Assembly: GCA_036172245.1 (NCBI GenBank)
Contig: JAYWIR010000027.1
Coordinates: 1,302,001-1,366,000, forward strand
Length of the DNA stretch: 64,000 bases
From: Raillietiella orientalis
Lineage: Eukaryota
Direction of reading: 5' to 3'
The position numbers and the translations under genes were made by a program. Below are positions 61,788-64,000 of the stretch, piece after piece (the first letter of the stretch is position 1; every line of letters starts with the position of its first letter). The notes under the pieces were generated by a model, which had not been told where the DNA came from, did no database searches, and saw only the letters and a program-made list of their open reading frames with translations.

Positions 61788-64000
61788 AACACACACGCCT
61801 TCAAACGAAGCTGTCCTCGTCTGTCTTGCATGGGTGTTTCCTGCTGGACGTCTAACCCGAGCGTACCCAGTTCTTCGGCCCGGAAGAAATCCGAAGCTGT
61901 CCGTCCGCTTCGCGAAAGGGATTCCGAATGAAAGGCTGCACTCGAAACCAGCAAATGGGATTCCCATTAAGCTCCGTGGTTGTGCCTACGAGCAAGGAAG
62001 AGTGGCAAACCGAACCATTTCTCTACTTTCCCTCGAGGAATAACGCAGATGTTGGGCAAACGCAAAGCTTGAATGGGATGCGACACTTTAATCTGGTCAT
62101 CAAGAGATCATAACATCGTTTTTGTGTGCGCGAAGGAATTTCTAAAACTTCGCTCACTAGCTCGTCCGACATCCAGGAGATTTCTCAAGAAGCTCTTTCG
62201 CGAGTGGATTCTGTTTTCACAAGAGTAAAAAAAAAAAAAAAAATTCGAAAATGCGAATATTTATTACGAATCGGATGAAAGGAATGCGCTCCACGATCTC
62301 TCCGAGTGAAAAAGATATTTGCAAGAGCACGTGTCCTCCGAAACCTGAATCCGTTAGCTCGTTACGCTGTTCTTTCCCAGGACCGATGATGGTCTTTTTT
62401 TTTTTCCCCTCTCTCTGCCTCTCTCGCCCTGTAGCGCGTCTTCACGTGAGCTTTCGAAACTTGGGCTGGAAACCTCGAGCCAGAGAGCCTGAGACTTTCA
62501 GGGAAACGCCGGAACCTCTCAGCCGCGTTGCTGAGGCAACCGCGCCTCCGAGAGATCAAACGCAGCTGTGACGCAACAATGCGCGCACAGCCACGGCTCC
62601 CAACTTCCTTGGACACGGAGCATCCTAATTTGCGCATTTTCCATTCCATCCGTCCGCATTCCTTCTCTTGCAAGGAGCAGCAAGTGCGCTGCTGCGCTGT
62701 GCAGCAGTACCGATCGCGATCCTGCATCTCCCTCCCTCTCTCTCTCCCTTTTTTTTTTTTGACTCACAAAACACCATTCCGGGACAAATTTACTCATCGA
62801 AAGAACACTTGTTTGTGAATTTTTTGCTCCTGATGAATTTCCAAGAATTCTGAAAAGCGTACACTCGCCAACACGTGTACTGCTCACGTAAGCGGCCGAT
62901 CCGGCGTTCATGAGTAAACAGGTTTTTGTTTACATCGGGAATGCGGGAACGAAATAGCTCGAAGGTTCCCGAATGCTGCAAATCGGGAGACTCCTGCGAC
63001 GTTTGGATGATCACGATCTCGGGAAACACCGTTGCCTCGTGGCGATCCCGCTCTCCCTCGTGCGCGCGCGAGAGCCTTGATCTGCCGAAACTCCTTGCGG
63101 AAGTTTCCAGGTAGCATTTCGAGGGAGGGGGGGGGAGAGAGAGAGGACCCATTTAAGCCTGAATCATCCTGTGTGTGTTTGTTTTCGTCTGAACCACACG
63201 TGTCCGATCTGCTCCCCGTGGAATATGTTTTCGGATTTCCCGCCTTTGGGGACGAATTTTCACCCCTTTCTTCCCTTGTAGCCTTCCTTTCTTTCCCTTT
63301 CGCCTCCATTCGTCGCTCTTCCTTCCGAAGGGAGAAACAAACGTTGTAAATTCTGATTTCTTTCGTTTTTTTTCTTCAAGTAAAAAACAACAACAAAAAA
63401 AACCCTCAAAGATCTGAAATGTCCAATGATACAATAAAATGAAGCTGGCACAAGGAAGGCATCAATCAGCTGCTTGTTAATAGAAACAGTTACCGAATTT
63501 TGCAATTCCACTTTCATCTCTCGCATCTTGGCAGTGCAAAGTGAACGCACAGTCGAGTGCTTCCGCCTGTTCTCTTTGGATCGCCTTCTCAAATGATGCC
63601 TCAGACCCGTTTTTTTTCTTCCCAGTCACTGGGATCATTCAGGGCATCACAGCTCTCGAGCCCGCTCACTGTCGAGGATCGCTTCTGATGAGGTGGGCTG
63701 CTTGAGCGAACAAGCCTGCCTGATTCTTCCCACCCCGAGACAAACTCAGAGAAAGTGGATCGCTTCATTCACCAACTCCGTTTCGGTACAGCACCAGCAG
63801 CCCGGAAGAGTTATTCAGCACCCCACCGAGAGTTTCCTGACAGTAGCTCATCGAAACTTCTATTTCCCATGGTTACCTGAGCACTCTAGCAGCGGAAGTA
63901 CGGCCGGGCCCCACTTCCGGCAGCATGCAACTTCTAAACTTGCAAAATGTGCTGGAAAAAAGAAAAAAAAGTGTCCTCTTTAGATGTGGCGCCTAACGGA

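Overview
GC- and CpG-rich eukaryotic genomic DNA, most likely from an arthropod; no prokaryotic features are seen. One protein-coding gene can be reconstructed with confidence: a six-exon gene on the + strand (10109-16538, 309 aa) encoding a tandem Ras-association (RA) domain protein resembling Drosophila Rau. Most of the rest is decayed copies of one L1/Tx1-clade non-LTR retrotransposon family, with RT (YADD), a C-terminal CxxC-H-C zinc finger and a conserved 3' UTR. The window also holds a pogo/Tigger-type deletion element with TA target duplication (51405-52278), a near-identical 618-bp duplication 40 kb apart, an unclassified ~450-bp repeat in three copies, minisatellites, palindromes and AT-rich low-complexity tracts. 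Three retroelement observations stand out. The family ends 23-24 nt after AATAAA with no poly(A) tail and carries a conserved, foldable 3' UTR motif. Two insertions share the same 3'-adjacent sequence, CCGGTGACG. One copy (27861-30310) is scrambled, with its RT half inverted inside its own downstream part between 16-bp repeats. Family assignments are from motif recognition only; no database searches were run.
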